58,003 nt of DNA from Caldisericum sp. CG2_30_36_11 (GTDB lineage: Bacteria; Caldisericota; Caldisericia; Caldisericales; Caldisericaceae), in NCBI GenBank assembly GCA_001871575.1, contig MNXV01000075.1, forward strand, positions 1 through 58,003, in the 5' to 3' direction. The translations under genes were made by a program, and so were the position numbers. Under the pieces are notes generated by a model that was not told where the DNA came from, searched no databases, and saw only the letters and a list, made by a program, of their open reading frames with translations. Shown piece by piece: positions 35,234 through 45,173 of this stretch (its first letter is position 1; each line of letters starts with the position of its first letter).

Positions 35234-36148
35234 TTATCTTTCTGCGATAAGGGCAGCAAGAGCCAATGAATATAATTTCGATTCCTCACTATCCCCACGA
35301 GAAGTTAATACAGAAGGAACAATTGCTCCAGTAACTACTGCTGCAACTTCTGCATTTCCGAGTTTAGTTGTTGATTTATAAAAAGCATTCCCAGATTCAA
35401 TATTTGGAAAAATTAGCACATCAGCGTCTCCAGCAACTGTCGATTTCACTTTCTTTATTTCTGCCGATTCCTTCGAGACTGCAAGGTCTAATGCAAGAGG
35501 GCCATCAACAACACAGCCTTTAATCTGACCTCTTTCATTCATTTTTGAAAGAATTGCACCATCTACCGTTGCTTGCATTTTAGGATTTACCGTTTCTACA
35601 GCTGCAATTATGGCTACTTTCGGATTCTCTATACCCAAATAATGCGCTATCTTAACATCATAATTAATCATCATTTCTTTAGCTTTTAGATCAGGTTGTG
35701 GAATTACCGCAACATCAGAAACTATAAGTAACTTATGGTAATTTGGAGATTCAATAATCGTTGCGTGAGATAAAACTCCATCAGGGGGTAATAATCCTTC
35801 TTCTTTATCGAGTATCCCTCTCATATAATTAGCAGTCTGGCATAAGCCTTTCATTATAAAATCTGCCTTTTTTTCCCTAACTAATCTTACTGCTTGTCTT
35901 ATTGCTTCTTTTTCTTCAGGGACATTTGCTACTTCAAAGAGAGAATTGTCTATATTATTTGCCTCGCAAACTCTTTTCACTTCATCTTTGCTTGCAAATA
36001 CAATTGCTTTAAAGATCCCTTCTTTTATACCTTTTTCAACTGCCTGCAATGTATGAAGATCCTGACCATAAGCAACCGAAACAACTCTTTTTTCCTTCAT
36101 GTTGCTTACAGTTTCCAAAATACCTTTTAAACTCTTTATTTGTTCCAT
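35234..36148 (-). CDS. ptb: Phosphate butyryltransferase / phosphotransacylase
   Basis: 304 aa with GCVVDGPLALDLAVS, FPNIESGN and VLTSRGDS motifs, typical of Ptb/Pta_PTB. Confidence 0.85.
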   Translation of the reverse strand: MEQIKSLKGILETVSNMKEKRVVSVAYGQDLHTLQAVEKGIKEGIFKAIVFASKDEVKRVCEANNIDNSLFEVANVPEEKEAIRQAVRLVREKKADFIMKGLCQTANYMRGILDKEEGLLPPDGVLSHATIIESPNYHKLLIVSDVAVIPQPDLKAKEMMINYDVKIAHYLGIENPKVAIIAAVETVNPKMQATVDGAILSKMNERGQIKGCVVDGPLALDLAVSKESAEIKKVKSTVAGDADVLIFPNIESGNAFYKSTTKLGNAEVAAVVTGAIVPSVLTSRGDSEESKLYSLALAALIAER

Positions 36149-36159
36149 AAAAACCTCCT

Positions 36160-36406
36160 TTATACTTTGCTCGCTATTGCAAGAGCTATTGAATTAAATT
36201 TAACATCACTTAAGTCTGCTCGAGAAGGTATTAACACAGACGCTTTTGCACCAACTATTATATGCGCGTTTCTCAATTTTGCATAATAATTGATAGATTT
36301 AGCAGCTTTCATTGCTTCAACATCCTCGGCTCCTGCAACTATAAATTCTTTCTCTTCCTTTCTTTTTGAGATAGAAGACCAATTCTTCAAAACTTTTTAT
36401 CATCAT
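36160..36406 (-). pseudogene. Remnant of a second phosphate butyryltransferase gene (frameshift plus ~220-codon internal deletion)
   Basis: From ATG 36406 the frame gives MMIKSFEELVFYLKKK (canonical Ptb N-terminus), then stops. The 76-aa ORF in another frame continues with EFIVAGAEDVEAMKAAK and jumps straight to the Ptb C-terminus, HIIVGAKASVLIPSRADLSDVKFNSIALAIA. Confidence 0.75.
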
Positions 36407-36421
36407 ATCCCTCTCTATTAA

Positions 36422-37486
36422 TTATACATATTTCTTAGCTTTTTCGTCACCATTTAGAACTCTTAACGCAGCATAGGCTAATGCCTCCATCTCGAATTCA
36501 CCAGGATAAGCAATAATAGGTGCTATAAACTGAACTCTGCTCTTAATTGCCTCTACAACCTCTTCATTATATGCAAGACCGCCAGTAATAATAATTGCTT
36601 CCAAATTTCCATTTAATACAGTAGCCATCGCCCCAATTTCTTTTGCAACCTGATAACAAAGTGCCTCAAAAACTTCCTTAGCAAAGTTATCTCCCTCTTT
36701 GATTTTTAGAAGAACTTCTTGCATATTGTTAGTACCAAGATACGACACAAGACCACCTTTCTTTGTAAATAACTTCAAAAGATCTCCTCTCTCGTAATTA
36801 TCCGAGTAAGCCATATTTACAACATCAATAGATGGTAAGTTTCCTGTTCTCTCGGGAGAAAATGACCCAGCTTCATTCGCGTTATTAACATCTACAATTC
36901 TTCCATTTTTAATAGCAGCAATGGAAATTCCTCCACCGAGATGGGCAACAATAAGATTTAAATTATTTATGTTTCTCTTAAATGTTTCAGAATAACGGTA
37001 CATGCTTGCCCTAATGTTTAGAGCATGTAACAAAGATTTTCTTTTAATATCTTTTAAGCCTGAAATTCTTGCAATATCCTCAAATTCATCAACACATACT
37101 GGATCTGCAATAAAAGAGGGTTTATGAATATCCTGCCCAATTTCATAAGAAATTAAGCCTCCAAGTGTAGAGGGGTGCTCTTGTTCTGCTGAGAACTTCT
37201 CAAGATCGCTAATTAATGCTTCGTTCACCGAGTATGTTCCTGCAGAGATTGGTTTTACGATTCCCCCTCTTCCTATAATTGTATCAAGGCTATTCACTTG
37301 AACCTCGTTTTTTTTGAGAGCAGAAAGAATTTTTTCTTTTCTAAAAAATCTTTGCTCTAAAACAGATTTGAAAGAAGAAAGCTCCTCTGTTGAATGCATT
37401 ATTGTCTCGGAAAAAACTTCCTTTCTGTTATCAAAAACAGCAATTTTTGTTGAAGTAGAGCCAGGATTTATTACCAAAATTCTCAT
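36422..37486 (-). CDS. buk: Butyrate kinase
   Basis: RILVINPGSTSTKIAVF N-terminus, acetate/butyrate kinase fold. Start set at ATG 37486, which follows GGAGG. Confidence 0.9.
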   Translation of the reverse strand: MRILVINPGSTSTKIAVFDNRKEVFSETIMHSTEELSSFKSVLEQRFFRKEKILSALKKNEVQVNSLDTIIGRGGIVKPISAGTYSVNEALISDLEKFSAEQEHPSTLGGLISYEIGQDIHKPSFIADPVCVDEFEDIARISGLKDIKRKSLLHALNIRASMYRYSETFKRNINNLNLIVAHLGGGISIAAIKNGRIVDVNNANEAGSFSPERTGNLPSIDVVNMAYSDNYERGDLLKLFTKKGGLVSYLGTNNMQEVLLKIKEGDNFAKEVFEALCYQVAKEIGAMATVLNGNLEAIIITGGLAYNEEVVEAIKSRVQFIAPIIAYPGEFEMEALAYAALRVLNGDEKAKKYV

Positions 37487-39189
37487 ACCCACCTCCTCAT
37501 AAGCTCCCGGGCTTGTTTTATAGTAGTATCAGTAACACTAGTCCCTGAAATCATTCTTGCTATTTCACCGATTCTCTCATATTCATTTAATTCTCTTACT
37601 GTGAGAAACGTCTCATTATTCTTAATATTTTTTTCCACTACAAAGTGCTGGCCAGGCAAAGAGGCAATTTGAGGAAGATGAGTAATACAAATAATCTGTC
37701 TGTATTTAGAAATTTCAAGTAATTTTTCGGCAATTTTTTCACCAGTCTTTCCTCCTATTCCAGCATCTACTTCGTCGAAAGCAAGAACAGGAATCTCGTC
37801 GACTTCTGCAAGGACAGTTTTAATTGCAAGCATCACTCTTGAAATCTCTCCTCCTGAAGCTATAGATGTAAGTGGCTTAAAATCGTCGCCTGGATTTGTT
37901 TTTATGATAAATTGCACAGAATCTATACCATCGCTAAACAGTTTTACTTTCTTTCCATCAATTAAAACACCTTCATTATCCCCGACTGCTTCGAAATCTA
38001 CTTTAAAATCAGCATTTTCCATTGCAAGGTCTCTCAATTCACTTATTACACGCTCTCTAAATTGTTCAGCAACTTCTTTCCTTTTTAAAGATAGTTCTAA
38101 AGCATCGAATCCAATCATCTTTAAAAGCTTGTCTTCCTCTTTTTTAAGATTATCAATTTTATCAGTTACAGAATTAAAAGAACTAACTTTATCTTTCAAT
38201 TGACGAAGATATTCAATAAGCTCGAGAATAGATTTCCTGTATTTCATTTTTAGCTTAGAAATCAAAGCGAGTCTATCTTCAATATAGATCAGCCTTTCGG
38301 GGTCATAAATTATACTCATATTAAAATTAGAAATGTCCCTGTTTATTTCTTTAAGCTCTGTTTGCATCTTCTCGATAGAATCTGAAATATATTTTATCTT
38401 CTCGGTAATCTCAGTAGCTTTTTCGATATTATTGCGTAGTAAAGAAAACAATTTAAAAATCGAAGTTCCTTCGTCGTTGTTGATTAAATCTTGAGACATT
38501 TTAAGTAAATCACTCAACTCTTTTGCATTAGAAAGGATTTTCTCTTCCTCCCGAAGCTCTTCTTCCTCGCCTTCAATTAAATTAGCACCCTCGAGCTCCG
38601 AAATTTCAAAATTAATGAAATCCCTCTCCTCCTTATATTTCCTATCAGTATCTTCCAGCTCAGTTAGGGTATTCTTAATCTCATTAAATCGAGAAATTTC
38701 CGCTACTACCTTTTCCCTTATTTCTGACATTCCTCTGCCACCAAACTTGTCAAGAAGTTTTATATGATTATTAACATCCAGTAATGATTGAGCTTCATAT
38801 TGACCATGCAAGTCCACAAGAGTGCGTCCAACTTCTTTTAATTCTTTAGAAAGTATAAGATGACCATTTATAGTGTTACGAGTTCTGTTCTTTGAAATCA
38901 ACCTCGAGATGATTAGCATTTCTTCTTTATCATAAAGAGAAAGGCGTTGAAGTATACCAATGGCTTTTGGGGTATTATTAAGTGTGAAGCTCACTTCAAT
39001 GAGTGCGCTTTTTTCACCTGTTCTTATAAGTTCCTGTGAAGCGTTTGCTCCACAGGCTATTCCTATTGCGTTCATTATTATTGTTTTACCAGCCCCGGTT
39101 TCGCCTGATATAACAACAAGGTTGCTATCAAAAGAAAGCTCAATTTTTTTTGCTATTGCAAGATTTGTTACAAGCAAACCCAAAATCAT
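37483..39189 (-). CDS. recN: DNA repair protein RecN
   Basis: SMC-like protein with GETGAGKT Walker A, a long coiled coil, the ASGGE signature and FDEVDAGIGG. Start set at MILGLLV (39189). Confidence 0.92.
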   Translation of the reverse strand: MILGLLVTNLAIAKKIELSFDSNLVVISGETGAGKTIIMNAIGIACGANASQELIRTGEKSALIEVSFTLNNTPKAIGILQRLSLYDKEEMLIISRLISKNRTRNTINGHLILSKELKEVGRTLVDLHGQYEAQSLLDVNNHIKLLDKFGGRGMSEIREKVVAEISRFNEIKNTLTELEDTDRKYKEERDFINFEISELEGANLIEGEEEELREEEKILSNAKELSDLLKMSQDLINNDEGTSIFKLFSLLRNNIEKATEITEKIKYISDSIEKMQTELKEINRDISNFNMSIIYDPERLIYIEDRLALISKLKMKYRKSILELIEYLRQLKDKVSSFNSVTDKIDNLKKEEDKLLKMIGFDALELSLKRKEVAEQFRERVISELRDLAMENADFKVDFEAVGDNEGVLIDGKKVKLFSDGIDSVQFIIKTNPGDDFKPLTSIASGGEISRVMLAIKTVLAEVDEIPVLAFDEVDAGIGGKTGEKIAEKLLEISKYRQIICITHLPQIASLPGQHFVVEKNIKNNETFLTVRELNEYERIGEIARMISGTSVTDTTIKQARELMRRWV

Positions 39190-39190
39190 A

Positions 39191-40018
39191 CTAAAGTCCC
39201 CAACCAAATTTCTTATTTAGAACATCAAAAAAATTCTTGCTCTTAAGGTGAATAATGCTAAGCTCTTTTTCGCTTTTTTGCACAGTAACCCTGTCAAACA
39301 TTATTAATTTAGTAACCTCTTCTCCATCCCTTTGAAAGCTAAAATGTCCATCAGATAAAATTCTTACTGATACCTTATCTGAGTTAGAAAATACCACTGG
39401 CCGAGCTGAAAGTTTGTGAGGTGCAATAAAAACAAGAGAGAAAACATCAGCATTTGGAACGATAATTGGTCCTCCAAGGGAAAGTGAATAAGCAGTTGAA
39501 CCAGTTGCAGTTGAAAAGACTAACCCATCTATTCTAAATTTGCCAACATCGATACCATTTGCAAGTATTTCTGCTTGGAGAATTCTATCTTCTATGCTTC
39601 TCATTATTACAAAATCGTTTACGGCGTTAAATTCAATATTTTCTGATTCTTCAGATACGATTGTGGATTTTAAAATCGATCTCTTTTCAATCAAAAAATC
39701 CCAATTCAAAACTGCATCTGCAGCAGAATATATATCGACTCCTTCAACATCTGCCAAAAAACCAAGACTCCCGAGATTGACTCCAAAAATTGGGACTCCA
39801 AGTTTAATGGCGAGACGAGATGCTTTAAGAAAAGTTCCATCACCACCAAGACTTATTATTATAAGGTCTTTGGCGTCCTGAAGGTTTTTAATTTCATCTT
39901 TAATGACTATTCCAACACCCTTTTTGCTAAGGTAACTCGAAAGCTCTTTGGCGAGCTCTTCAATATAAATACCATCAAGATAAAAAATCCCTACTTTTTT
40001 AATCCTATTTTCTCCCAT
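39191..40018 (-). CDS. nadK: NAD kinase
   Basis: GGDGTFL and TGSTAYSLS motifs. Confidence 0.9.
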   Translation of the reverse strand: MGENRIKKVGIFYLDGIYIEELAKELSSYLSKKGVGIVIKDEIKNLQDAKDLIIISLGGDGTFLKASRLAIKLGVPIFGVNLGSLGFLADVEGVDIYSAADAVLNWDFLIEKRSILKSTIVSEESENIEFNAVNDFVIMRSIEDRILQAEILANGIDVGKFRIDGLVFSTATGSTAYSLSLGGPIIVPNADVFSLVFIAPHKLSARPVVFSNSDKVSVRILSDGHFSFQRDGEEVTKLIMFDRVTVQKSEKELSIIHLKSKNFFDVLNKKFGWGL

Positions 40019-40806
40019 ATCTCCTCAACAATTTTATTAACATCTGATAAATTTACAAAATTGCCAACCTTTTTTATTAAAAAAAAGAATTCTATGTTTC
40101 CTTTCCCTCCTTTAATAGGCGAGAATGTCGTTCTATTTACAATAAAACCCGCCTTGGCAATTTGTTCAATTGTATTAAGAAGTATTTTTTTATGAAGCTC
40201 TTTGTCTTTTATAATCCCTTTTCTTAAAAAACTTCTCTCACCTTCAAACTGGGGTTTGACAAGAGAAATAATCAGACCATTGTCTTTTAAGAGAGTTTTT
40301 AAGGCAGGAAGTATTTTTGTTATAGATATAAATGAGACATCCATTACTATTAAATCAGCTTGTTCTTGAATTATTTTTATTGAAAGATTTCTTGCATTAA
40401 CTTTTTCGAGCACAACAACCCTTGGATCATTTCTTAAAGACAAATCAAGCTGTCCTGCTCCTACATCAACAGCATAAATTTTTTTAGCATTCAATTTAAG
40501 AAGACAGTCTGTGAAACCTCCGGTTGAAGAACCTATGTCTATTGCAACTTTATCCTTTGGACTAACCTTGAATTCATCAAGAGCAAACTCTAATTTAATT
40601 CCCCCTCTACTTACATATCTTCTTGGCTCTTTAATGGAAATAATGTCTTCTTCACTTACAGAGGTAGATGATTTTTGCACTATATTGCCATTCAAAAAGA
40701 CTAAACCTTCGATAATTAAACGCTTTGATTCTAATCTACTGGTGGCAAGTCTTCTTTCAACTAATACTTCATCAATCCTTTTCTTTTGCAAATTTTTCTC
40801 CGACAT
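39991..40806 (-). CDS. tlyA: TlyA-family rRNA 2'-O-methyltransferase (S4 + FtsJ domains)
   Basis: KKRIDEVLVERRLATSR S4-like N-terminus, DIGSSTGGFTD SAM motif. Start is uncertain (ATG 40806 or GTG 40818). It overlaps the dxs end. Confidence 0.85.
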   Translation of the reverse strand: MSEKNLQKKRIDEVLVERRLATSRLESKRLIIEGLVFLNGNIVQKSSTSVSEEDIISIKEPRRYVSRGGIKLEFALDEFKVSPKDKVAIDIGSSTGGFTDCLLKLNAKKIYAVDVGAGQLDLSLRNDPRVVVLEKVNARNLSIKIIQEQADLIVMDVSFISITKILPALKTLLKDNGLIISLVKPQFEGERSFLRKGIIKDKELHKKILLNTIEQIAKAGFIVNRTTFSPIKGGKGNIEFFFLIKKVGNFVNLSDVNKIVEEIWEKIGLKK

Positions 40807-42604
40807 TAGCAATTTCACCCGGGTCTAAGCCATATTTATCGAGGAGAAAATTTCTTTTGCCCTGCTCAGGGAACATATCACTAATGCCAATGTTTTTAAT
40901 CCTTACTTCAAAATTGCTTAGCAGTTCATTTATTGAAGAACCAAAACCTCCCAAAACAGTATTATCTTCGATAGTCAGAACTTTGCCAGTCTTAAGTGCA
41001 TTATTTATAATGACGTTTTTATCTAATGGTTTCACGAATCTTGCATTAATAAGACCTGTTGAGATTTTCCTGCTTTCTAAAATTTCTCTTGCTTTGTATG
41101 CTCGGTTAAAAATTGCCCCGATAGAGGCGATTAACAAATCTTTCCCTTCTGAAACAATCTCTGCTTTCCCAAACCGAACAGGGGGAGAAGCAATAAATGG
41201 ATCTGCAACATCCTTTGGAAACCTTATAACAAAAGGCCCATCATAATTAAGTGCAATTTTTAGCATTTCTTTCAATTCAAAATCATCTTTGGGTGCAGCA
41301 ATGACAAAATTAGGTATTGTTCTTATAAAAGATAGATCGAACACTCCCTGGTGGGTTGGTCCATCATCGGAAACAATGCCGCTTCTATCAAGAGCAAAAA
41401 CAACTGGCAAATTAGAGATTCCAACATCATGCACAAGTTGATCGTATGCTCTTTGTATAAAAGTAGAATAAATTGCAACAACCGGTTTAAAGCCATCTTT
41501 TGCAAGAGCTGCAGCTGTTGTTACAGCGCATTGTTCAGCAATTCCTACATCAAGAAATCTTTCGGGAAAAGCTTTTTTAAACAAATTTGTTTTGGTGCCA
41601 TCGGACATGGCAGCAGTTATTACAAATATTTTTGGATCTTTAGCGCCTTCCTCGACCAATGTCTCACCAAAAATCTCTGAAAATGTTTTTGATCCGTTTT
41701 TTTTGCGAGATATGCCTGTATCTATCTCGAATGGCTCAGCACTATGAAATTTTGTCGGATTAACCTCTGCAAAACTATAGCCTTTTCCTTTTTTAGTAAT
41801 TACATGAACAACTACTGGATTTAAAATATTTTTAGTCCTCTGAAAGGTTTCTATAAGTTCTTTTAAATTATGGCCATCAATTGGTCCTAAATACGTAAAA
41901 CCGAGTTCCTCAAAAAAAGTGGTTGGAAGAAAAAGTTCCTTTATGGAAAGTTTTATTTTCCTGATCAACGAGGTTTTAACTATATTTTTTTTAAGACTCT
42001 GGTAAAGACTTGAGGAACGGAGCCTTGAAAGTAAACGCGAAATTGATCCAACATTGCGTGAAATTGACATTTCATTATCGTTTAGAACAATGAGAGCTTT
42101 CTTGCCTAATTGGCCAAGATTATTTAACCCTTCGTAGGCTTCTCCTCCAGTAAAAGCACCGTCGCCAACAAGTGCTACAACTTCATAATTCTCTTTTTTT
42201 AATTCTCTTGATTTAACAAAACCCAGAGCAAGAGCAAGAGACGTAGAAGCATGGCCTGCAATAAAAGCATCGTATTTACTTTCGGAAGGGTTTGTGTATC
42301 CGCTTATTCCATTGTATTGCCTTAATGAATTAAATAGTTCTTTTCTGCCAGTCAATATTTTATGGGCATAAGCCTGATGACCCACATCGAAAATAACCTT
42401 ATCTTTCGAAAAATCAAAAACTTTATGCAAGGCAACTGTAACTTCAACATTTCCAAGATTAGACGCTAGATGACCGCCTGTTTGAGCAACTGTCTCAATA
42501 ATAAGCGCTCTTATTTCTTTGACAAGGACATCGAGTTGTTTAAAATTCAAATTCTTGATATCGCCTGGTTTGGAAATATTTTTCAGAATACTTTCTTCAT
42601 TCAT
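40772..42604 (-). CDS. dxs: 1-deoxy-D-xylulose-5-phosphate synthase
   Basis: GHASTS and GDGAFTGGEAYEGLNN (TPP motif), 610 aa. Confidence 0.93.
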   Translation of the reverse strand: MNEESILKNISKPGDIKNLNFKQLDVLVKEIRALIIETVAQTGGHLASNLGNVEVTVALHKVFDFSKDKVIFDVGHQAYAHKILTGRKELFNSLRQYNGISGYTNPSESKYDAFIAGHASTSLALALGFVKSRELKKENYEVVALVGDGAFTGGEAYEGLNNLGQLGKKALIVLNDNEMSISRNVGSISRLLSRLRSSSLYQSLKKNIVKTSLIRKIKLSIKELFLPTTFFEELGFTYLGPIDGHNLKELIETFQRTKNILNPVVVHVITKKGKGYSFAEVNPTKFHSAEPFEIDTGISRKKNGSKTFSEIFGETLVEEGAKDPKIFVITAAMSDGTKTNLFKKAFPERFLDVGIAEQCAVTTAAALAKDGFKPVVAIYSTFIQRAYDQLVHDVGISNLPVVFALDRSGIVSDDGPTHQGVFDLSFIRTIPNFVIAAPKDDFELKEMLKIALNYDGPFVIRFPKDVADPFIASPPVRFGKAEIVSEGKDLLIASIGAIFNRAYKAREILESRKISTGLINARFVKPLDKNVIINNALKTGKVLTIEDNTVLGGFGSSINELLSNFEVRIKNIGISDMFPEQGKRNFLLDKYGLDPGEIANVGEKFAKEKD

Positions 42605-43491
42605 TTTATTCTATTCAAAGAGTAAATTGCGATTTCTTCAAGAGTTTTATACTTTCCGCTAAAAGGTTTTAAGTAGTCGATTGATTTATAAATAAAATCA
42701 GAAGCTATTCCTTTAGCCTTTTCTACACCAAAAAGTGCAACAAAAGTTGCTTTTTTATTTTTCATGTCCTGACCTACGTCTTTACCAAGAATCTTTGTGG
42801 TTGATGTTGCATCAAGGATATCATCAATAACCTGATAGCTAATTCCAAAATTTTCTGAAAATTTAGTAAGAGCAATAAGCTCGTCTTCAGGACTTCCACC
42901 AAGAATTGCACCTACCCTTACAGCAAGTCTAATCAGTGAAGCAGTTTTCATACTTTCAATATAAAGTATGGTTTCCTTATCTATGTTGCTTTCATTCATT
43001 GTTACCATATCCATAACCTGGCCGCCTACTAAACCTTTTATGCCTGAAGCTAATGCAAATTCTTGAACAACTTGTAAAATCTTTTGTGGTTCAAAATCAT
43101 TCTTAAAACCGGAACTTACAACTATATCAAAAGAAAGAGAGAGCAAAGCATCTCCTGCAAGAAGGGCCATGTCGCTTCCATAGACCTTATGGCAAGTTGG
43201 TTTACCCCTCCTCATATCGCTATTGTCCATTATCGGCAAATCATCGTGGATCAATGAGTATGTGTGAACCAGTTCAACTGCACAGGCAAAAGGAATGACG
43301 TCCTTTACGTTACCTTTAATGGACTCGTAAACATTAAGCGTAAGGATGGGTCTAATTCTCTTTCCAGGCAATAAAAGTGCATAAGATATTGCAGGGTAAA
43401 GAGGAGACTGTTCTTTCAGGGGAAGTATAATCGCTTCCAAAGCATTACTAATGAATTTTCTTTTTTCTTCCATATAGCTTTCTATTTCCAA
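42601..43491 (-). CDS. ispA: Polyprenyl (farnesyl/geranylgeranyl) diphosphate synthase
   Basis: LIHDDLPIMDNSDMRRG (first Asp-rich motif) and VIDDILD (second). Confidence 0.88.
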   Translation of the reverse strand: MEIESYMEEKRKFISNALEAIILPLKEQSPLYPAISYALLLPGKRIRPILTLNVYESIKGNVKDVIPFACAVELVHTYSLIHDDLPIMDNSDMRRGKPTCHKVYGSDMALLAGDALLSLSFDIVVSSGFKNDFEPQKILQVVQEFALASGIKGLVGGQVMDMVTMNESNIDKETILYIESMKTASLIRLAVRVGAILGGSPEDELIALTKFSENFGISYQVIDDILDATSTTKILGKDVGQDMKNKKATFVALFGVEKAKGIASDFIYKSIDYLKPFSGKYKTLEEIAIYSLNRIK

Positions 43492-43505
43492 TTTATGTCA
43501 CCTCT

Positions 43506-43775
43506 TTAAAATGCATAAAAATCGTTAAATTTATTCTTTGAATCTTTAATTTCATAGTTTATCTTCTCAACATGAGAATAGCCATTGCCTTTTTTCAGAA
43601 TTTCAAGAAGCTCTTTTAATTTCTCAATCTCTCCCTCAGCAACAACTTCCACGCTCCCATCAGATAAATTTTTTACATATCCCACAAGTCCTAAAACCAG
43701 AGCGTTTCTCCTTGCGAAATACCTAAAGCCAACTCCCTGGACAAAGCCATAGATTATAGCTTCAAGCCTTTTCAT
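43506..43775 (-). CDS. acyP: Acylphosphatase
   Basis: 89 aa, GFVQGVGFRYF and GYVKNLSDGSVEV motifs. Confidence 0.85.
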   Translation of the reverse strand: MKRLEAIIYGFVQGVGFRYFARRNALVLGLVGYVKNLSDGSVEVVAEGEIEKLKELLEILKKGNGYSHVEKINYEIKDSKNKFNDFYAF

Positions 43776-44181
43776 CTTCCTTTTCTTTTTCTCTTTGCCT
43801 CAGAAAATTTCTCAAAATACCGTTAACAAAATTCCCCGACTCATTATCTCCATATTTCTTTGCAAGTTCCACTATCTCATAGACTACTAAGCCATCATCT
43901 ATATCATTAACAAACTCTATCTCAAAAACTCCTAAGCGGAGAAGTTCTTTATCAACTACATATACTCTATCAAAGCTCCATTTCTCGAGTAAATTCTCTA
44001 TATTTTTGTCTATATATTCCATATGCGAAAGAGTTCCGTTAACAAGAAGCATCGCATAATCGATAGCAACCGGATATTCATATCTAAAAAAAGAAATTGC
44101 ATCTGGAAGAGAATTTTTACCTACATCTATAGCAAAAAGTAATTTAAAGGCAATCTCTCTACCCTTCTCCTTAACTTTCAT
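43762..44181 (-). CDS. nusB: Transcription antitermination factor NusB
   Basis: REIAFKLLFAIDV N-terminus and NGILRN near the C-terminus. Start probably MKVKEKG (44181) rather than the ORF track start at 44214. Confidence 0.85.
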   Translation of the reverse strand: MKVKEKGREIAFKLLFAIDVGKNSLPDAISFFRYEYPVAIDYAMLLVNGTLSHMEYIDKNIENLLEKWSFDRVYVVDKELLRLGVFEIEFVNDIDDGLVVYEIVELAKKYGDNESGNFVNGILRNFLRQREKEKEDEKA

Positions 44182-44185
44182 GTTT

Positions 44186-44530
44186 TTACTTCTTTCTAAT
44201 TGCGTCTTGTGCAATTATATCTTCAATGATTACATTAACATCAGTAACAGTAAAAGGAGTCATACTTTCTATTTGTGATTTAATTTGATTTTGTATCTCT
44301 TCACCAATTTTTTTAAGGTTGTAATCATATTTTACTATCACGAAAACAGTAATCGTAAGCTTATTATCAGCAAGCATAAAATCAATCCCGTGTGGATGTT
44401 GCCTATCTTTATTCATATATGGGATATACTCTTCAAAACCCTTCCAGGTGTCTAAAACACCTTCTACCCCAAGGGTTGCATTCAAAATCATTGACTCAAT
44501 CGCTTCTTCTGAAATAATTACCTTGCTCAT
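44186..44530 (-). CDS. Asp23/Gls24-family (alkaline shock) protein
   Basis: 114 aa DUF322-like protein (IISEEAIESMILNATLGVEGV), in the conserved position between efp and nusB. Confidence 0.8.
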   Translation of the reverse strand: MSKVIISEEAIESMILNATLGVEGVLDTWKGFEEYIPYMNKDRQHPHGIDFMLADNKLTITVFVIVKYDYNLKKIGEEIQNQIKSQIESMTPFTVTDVNVIIEDIIAQDAIRKK

Positions 44531-45090
44531 TTGTTCACCCTTTCAAGATATTCACCTGTTCTTGTATCAATCCTCAAAACATCACCAATATTAATAAAAA
44601 GAGGAACATTAAGCTTATAACCAGTTTCAAGCACAACGGGTTTCATGGCAGAAGTAGCAGTATCCCCCCTAACGCCTGGCTCAGTTTCTACCACAGCAAG
44701 CTCTACAAAAGTAGGTAACTCAACAGAAACAGGTTTATTTTTAAAAAAAACTACTGATATTTCGAGGTTTTCTTTGAGATAGTTTGCCGCATCTCCAGCA
44801 TCCTCAGATGGAAGGTAGAACTGCTCATAAGTTTGAAGGTCCATAAACACAAAGTTGTCACCTTCTTTGTACAAATACTGCATACTTTTTCTTTCAAGGA
44901 ATGCCTTTTTAAATTTTTCCTCAGGTCTAAAAGTTTTTTCGATGATATTATCAGTATTAAGATTCTTAAACTTCACTCTAACGAACGGGGAGCCTTTACC
45001 TGGCTTAACATGCTGATAAGAAATCACTACGCAAAGCTCATTATCAATTTCAAAAGTTATACCTGCTCTAAGATCATTTGCAGAAATCAT
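44527..45090 (-). CDS. efp: Translation elongation factor P
   Basis: ISANDLRAG...YQHVKPGKGSPFVRVKFKNL, 187 aa. Confidence 0.94.
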   Translation of the reverse strand: MISANDLRAGITFEIDNELCVVISYQHVKPGKGSPFVRVKFKNLNTDNIIEKTFRPEEKFKKAFLERKSMQYLYKEGDNFVFMDLQTYEQFYLPSEDAGDAANYLKENLEISVVFFKNKPVSVELPTFVELAVVETEPGVRGDTATSAMKPVVLETGYKLNVPLFINIGDVLRIDTRTGEYLERVNK

Positions 45091-45173
45091 TAAAATCCTC
45101 CTTAAAAATATTCTTCATAATAAAATAATAGCAAAAATTACGTTTTGTTCAAAATTGGTAATTTTACGTTTAA

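Noticed and set aside
40725-41246. Long antisense ORFs opposite well-supported genes: 173 aa opposite dxs/tlyA, 165 aa at 45262-45759 opposite plsY, 169 aa at 54878-55387 opposite prfA, 139 aa at 51058-51477 opposite etfB, 125 aa at 33448-33825 opposite fabZ, and many at 60-120 aa.
   Set aside because: Their translations are low-complexity (S/L/F/I/K-rich) with no motifs or ribosome binding sites, and the opposite strand encodes unmistakable conserved proteins.
45091-45173. The recurrent motif AATTTTACG (35190 region, and 45143 and 45160 regions) in intergenic DNA upstream of rpsA and efp.
   Set aside because: On the coding strand it reads CGTAAAAT, i.e. it contains the -10-like hexamer TAAAAT seen at other predicted promoters. 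It is most simply promoter sequence rather than a repeat element.
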